A stretch of 34,050 bases of DNA from Trichomonas gallinae (lineage: Eukaryota), in assembly GCA_008369845.1 (NCBI GenBank), contig MRSU01001222.1, positions 1 to 34,050 on the forward strand, in the 5' to 3' direction. Positions 30,660 to 34,050 of the stretch are shown in pieces. The notes beneath the pieces were generated by a model. It had not been told where the DNA came from and did no database searches. It was given only the letters and a program-made list of their open reading frames with translations. Numbering within the stretch: the stretch's first letter is position 1; each line of letters opens with the position of its first letter. The translations under genes and the position numbers were made by a program.

Positions 30660-31323
30660 TCGTAATTATTTTTTTGTTTTTTAATATCTTTTACTACTCA
30701 TGTACTAATCAGCGTTAGATGTAATGCAAAAATAAATACAATATAGAATTACTTTCGAATTTATATCATTATTGTACTTTTTTTGGTATTTTTTACCTAA
30801 GGTTGGAATAAATTCATATAGTTTCACTTTTCCAAATACATCTTTGGTAAAATTCGAAGGTTTCATCAGATTTACTTGTATATTTGATACTTACAATCTA
30901 TTTTTGGGATTAATTATGTCGCAAGGTAACCCACCCACTTGTTTTGCGATTCCCGGGGAGAAAAAATGAGTTGCCTGTGGGGTATTTGTCAAAACAGTGT
31001 TTTTAAACAATTTTCTTTGCTTTACCTTACACAAGCACTTTGATATCCTTAATGGGATACATGTTAAGGTATTTATAGTAATTAAAGTCTCTAAATAAAC
31101 ATATATTTTGATAATTGAATAATATAAACCATGGATAAATGAAATTTGGAAGTGAAAATATAATCATATAGTGTGATGATTTATTGAATCATCATCAATT
31201 GTTCGTTAATTCCATTATTAATTTTCCTTCATTTTATATTGATTTATATCATGCCATTTAAATATCTAATTCGAGCTAATAAATCTTCAACGTAAAGAAC
31301 TTTTACTGACTAAAGTATTTTGG

Positions 31324-32529
31324 CTATGCCAAAACAACTCTATTATTGATGCATTCACCAATAAACAATTTTTGGTATTCTGAATCCGCGAGATCAATCG
31401 GAGTCCATCCATTCTCGTCGACTGCCGTAGAATCGCAACCAGAAGAGATCAAATAATCGATAACTGCTGTGGATCCATATGATACAGCCATGTGAAGTGG
31501 AGTTGACCATTGATGCTCGTTGAAGTTCAAGCAAAATCCTTGCGAGCAGAAATAAATCAAAGCAAGAAGATTATCTTTCATGACGCTGCAGTAAAACGTG
31601 GATGCAGCTATGCCTTGCATTGTGAGCCAATTGAGAATTTCATTTCTATGATACTCAACAGCTGCTATAATCGTTTCGCTGAAATCCAATCCTCTCTGGA
31701 AGCAAAGTCTGATGATTTCGTAGTTGCCACCGATAACAGCATACTTTGGAAGATCGGACGGATAATGCGATATTGATTCAAGCAAGTACTTGAAAGATTG
31801 CGATGATCCATAAGCAGCAGCGACATTGATCAATGGTGTTGTGAATTCGAGGATGTATTCGAATGGAGAATGAATTTTAGAATTTAAATCCACTGAGCGC
31901 TCTGCGCATTGAACAATAAATGAATCGATATCATCAAACTTAAGGCAAAATCCTAATGTTTGAGACATCCAGCCGTATTCAATATACTCTCTGAGCAATC
32001 TGAAATTGTTTTCACGCAATTTCTGGTAATTATTGAAGATGTCATCGAACTGATTGTCAGTGACGATTTTCCTTGAGAGAATATATTCGTCGAAGTATTT
32101 GATATCCGGTGCAAAATAGAAGGCAAACAATAGTGGACGACTGTTTAGTTGCCTGTGGAATTTTATGATGAAATCTTCATCTATCATTCCGACAGCAAAC
32201 AACCTCTGCATTAAAATAACATCTGCATGATATAGAATTCTTCCGTACTCGAAGATATGCTTAATTAAGTCATATTTTGGCAATTTTTCGGATAGAAATT
32301 TGATAAGTTTCGCGAAAGCATTGGTACAAGCTGGTCTAATACGATTTATTACTCGTATTTCACAACAAAGCTCGTATTTCATAGCAGATGTTTGCGAAAA
32401 TGAAGAAGATAAAATTTGATCGCAAATATTTTCGACATTATTATCTGTTATTCCACTAAGCAACTGTTGTAGTTCGACGATCGGCTGTGCGTAATTCGGG
32501 ATTTCGACGAACTCCAATGCGTTTGACAT
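31324..32529 (-). CDS. DUF3447-type ankyrin-repeat protein (401 aa)
   Basis: LINVAAAYGSSQSFKYLL, YAVIGGNYEIIRLC, AVEYHRNEILNWL (DUF3447-like block of the expanded trichomonad ankyrin family) and a canonical ankyrin repeat TPLHMAVSYGSTAVIDYLISSGCD..AVDENGWTPIDLA. Confidence 0.88.
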   Translation of the reverse strand: MSNALEFVEIPNYAQPIVELQQLLSGITDNNVENICDQILSSSFSQTSAMKYELCCEIRVINRIRPACTNAFAKLIKFLSEKLPKYDLIKHIFEYGRILYHADVILMQRLFAVGMIDEDFIIKFHRQLNSRPLLFAFYFAPDIKYFDEYILSRKIVTDNQFDDIFNNYQKLRENNFRLLREYIEYGWMSQTLGFCLKFDDIDSFIVQCAERSVDLNSKIHSPFEYILEFTTPLINVAAAYGSSQSFKYLLESISHYPSDLPKYAVIGGNYEIIRLCFQRGLDFSETIIAAVEYHRNEILNWLTMQGIAASTFYCSVMKDNLLALIYFCSQGFCLNFNEHQWSTPLHMAVSYGSTAVIDYLISSGCDSTAVDENGWTPIDLADSEYQKLFIGECINNRVVLA

Positions 32530-32534
32530 TAAAT

Positions 32535-32553
32535 AATGATTTGAAATAAATGA
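32535..32553 (-). promoter_or_regulatory. Two Inr-like TCATT elements upstream of the ankyrin gene
   Basis: Minus strand GTCATTTATTTCAAATCATTATTTAATG; TCATT at 32553-32549 and 32539-32535. Confidence 0.55.
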
Positions 32554-33173
32554 CGAGTTCTCAATTATTTGAAGGGAACGTTTTATCGCAAAAAATATTT
32601 TAAAATATCAATATTTATAACAAAATGAATATTATTTATTGTTTTAATTGAAAAATTGAAAGAGATTCAAATATTCTCATCAAAATTGAAAATAAAAACC
32701 ATGTTTTGCGGTTTTCCAAACAAAAATACCGATGTTATATCAAAAGCTATTCTCTATTCAGAAAATATTATAATGATATTTTCTTTTGAGTTTTTTTCCT
32801 TATTATATGATATTAATTTTTGTCAAAAATATTTTTTTAATAAACAACGCTCAATAATTAAAATCGATGCAAAGCTTCCATACAAAAGCATGCTGTGATT
32901 CATAAAAACACTATATTTGGAATTTATAAAGACCACAAAAAGAAAGCATTGTTTTGCGTGTCAAATAGCCAAAAAATAAAGTGTCAGATTGTCAGATTTT
33001 GAGCAATGAAAAATAGTCAAGAAAACGATCATAAAAAATGAAATGGCTTGTAAATTTTGAAATTGACACATAAAGAATAAAATGTCAAAAGTGTTATTGC
33101 AGTGGTGAGCATTCAATATTAAATGTTAAAAGTTGATAATGATAATTACTGATTTTGAATAGTAAACATTAAT

Positions 33174-33470
33174 GTGCCAACCTTTGTGGCGCAACTACAT
33201 CGGATGGCACAGTGCCATCTGTAGTTCTCACCCAAGGCGTCAATGAGATAATTAATTTCGCACTTTGGTGCGAAATATCCACTCGATGCTGCAGATGTTG
33301 ATTGGGATGGAACTATGCAGTAACACAGTTATGAATATTATAAATTATGCAGATAAGTGGGAAGTTCAGCAACGATATAATTATATCCTACGCTGATATT
33401 GCCATGAGCAAATTTGTATTAGATTTGTAGGATTGAATATAATTCATTCAAAATCCAATGATAATGGATT
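33174..33470. other. Array of inverted repeats/hairpins; candidate structured ncRNA or non-autonomous element of unknown class
   Basis: At least seven stems including GATGGCAC/GTGCCATC, AACTACA/TGTAGTT, ATTTCGCAC/GTGCGAAAT, TCAGC/GCTGA around GATATAATTATATC. Noticeably more GC-rich than the flanks, with no ORF. Confidence 0.5.
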
Positions 33471-33696
33471 GTTTTTGTTGTAGATTTTGGGATTAATCAA
33501 CTTAAAATAAATTAATTTATTATTAAAGCAAGAAAATTCATAAATAAATTATAGCGAAATTTTAAAAATGCATTTTTATAGAGATATTAATAAGTAAAAA
33601 GTGAAAATATTGATATAAATAGCATAAATAACAAAAAATTTAATAAAGGATTTTTTTTGGAAAAATATTGAGGGGAAAATAATCGTGTTTGCATGG

Positions 33697-33701
33697 CCTT
33701 T
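33697..33701 (+). promoter_or_regulatory. CCTTT (M5-type) core promoter element of the ribosomal protein gene
   Basis: GGCCTTTCTCTCG ending 15 nt before the ATG at 33716. CCTTT is the known alternative initiator enriched at T. vaginalis ribosomal protein genes. Confidence 0.65.
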
Positions 33702-33715
33702 CTCTCGAAATTCTC

Positions 33716-34050
33716 ATGTCGAAGGTTACACTTCACATCCGTAAGTACATTGTCAACAAACTCCTCGACCGTAAGCAGTTCGTCGTCGACATGCAGCATC
33801 TCGGCGCCAAGGCCCCAACACGCGATGAAATCAAGGAAGAAGTCGCCCAGCGCCTTAAAGTTGGTAAGGACCTTGTCGTCATCTTCAGCCTCGAGACCAA
33901 GTTCGGTGGTGGCCGTACAACAGGCTTCGGCTTCGTTTACGATAACTTAGATGCACTCAAGAAGTGTGAACCAAAGCACCGCCTTATCAAGGCTGGTCTT
34001 GCTGAGAAGGGCAAGGTCACCCGCCGTATGCGTAAGAACGCCCGCCGCCA
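33716..34050 (+). CDS. RPS24: 40S ribosomal protein S24 (eS24), 3'-truncated by the window edge
   Basis: Translates to MSKVTLHIRKYIVNKLLDRKQFVVDMQHLGAKAPTRDEIKEEVAQRLKVGKDLVVIFSLETKFGGGRTTGFGFVYDNLDALKKCEPKHRLIKAGL..., with eS24 signatures N.LL.RKQ, FGGG.TTGF..VYD and EPKHRL, and strong C-ending codon bias. Confidence 0.97.
   Translation, partial: MSKVTLHIRKYIVNKLLDRKQFVVDMQHLGAKAPTRDEIKEEVAQRLKVGKDLVVIFSLETKFGGGRTTGFGFVYDNLDALKKCEPKHRLIKAGLAEKGKVTRRMRKNARR

Noticed and set aside
30772..32898. Short ORFs 30772..30969, 31510..31776 and 32656..32898
   Set aside because: Non-ATG starts, intergenic composition or antisense to the ankyrin gene; no motifs.
33203..33219. CAGTGC as a canonical iron-responsive element loop, or CACAGTG as an RSS/Transib end
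   Set aside because: The flanks do not form the 5-bp upper stem around a CAGUGN loop; there is no nonamer, paired terminal repeats or transposase.
33359..33370. GGGAAGTTCAGC as RNase P CR-I; SRP or HDV-ribozyme identity for the hairpin array
   Set aside because: No downstream CR-V/P4 partner was found and TCAGC pairs locally. No SRP helix-8 motif or complete HDV nested pseudoknot was seen.
33693..33950. Plus-strand 85-aa Ser-rich ORF (and minus-strand 33587..33799)
   Set aside because: Off-frame or antisense shadows of RPS24. The ATG at 33693 lies upstream of the CCTTT element, where transcription likely starts.
1..34050. Transposons (Maverick, Tc1/mariner, Mutator), CRISPR arrays, tRNA/rRNA genes, bacterial-type operon
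   Set aside because: No transposase or integrase ORFs, long terminal repeats, regular repeat-spacer arrays or cloverleafs were seen. The proximity of CCDC146 and dynein-1 is not evidence of a functional cluster.

Overview
AT-rich, intron-free, gene-dense eukaryotic DNA, most consistent with a trichomonad (Trichomonas vaginalis-like). The evidence is TCAT[T] initiator elements near ATGs, the AAAGTGAC and CCTTT promoter motifs, and a DUF3447-type ankyrin gene. Genes in order: a partial minus-strand gene at the left edge (missed by the ORF track); CCDC146/MBO2-like flagellar coiled-coil protein; an AT-rich helical hypothetical protein; a basic low-complexity protein; a 4274-aa cytoplasmic dynein-1-type heavy chain; a 1840-aa IQ/beta-rich/pseudokinase/helical-repeat protein; a DDB1/CPSF1-family beta-propeller protein; a compact NUS1/NgBR; a DUF3447-ankyrin protein; and a partial RPS24 at the right edge (also missed by the ORF track). 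Most notable observations: (1) coordinated loss of AAA3 (and AAA4) catalytic residues in an otherwise dynein-1-like motor; (2) a ~300-nt array of abutting hairpins upstream of RPS24 that may be an unannotated structured RNA or element; (3) a recurrent intergenic TG[A/T]CATGTAA motif; (4) the unusual IQ-pseudokinase architecture. No transposon, CRISPR array, tRNA or rRNA was recognised. All assignments are by eye; no database searches were run.
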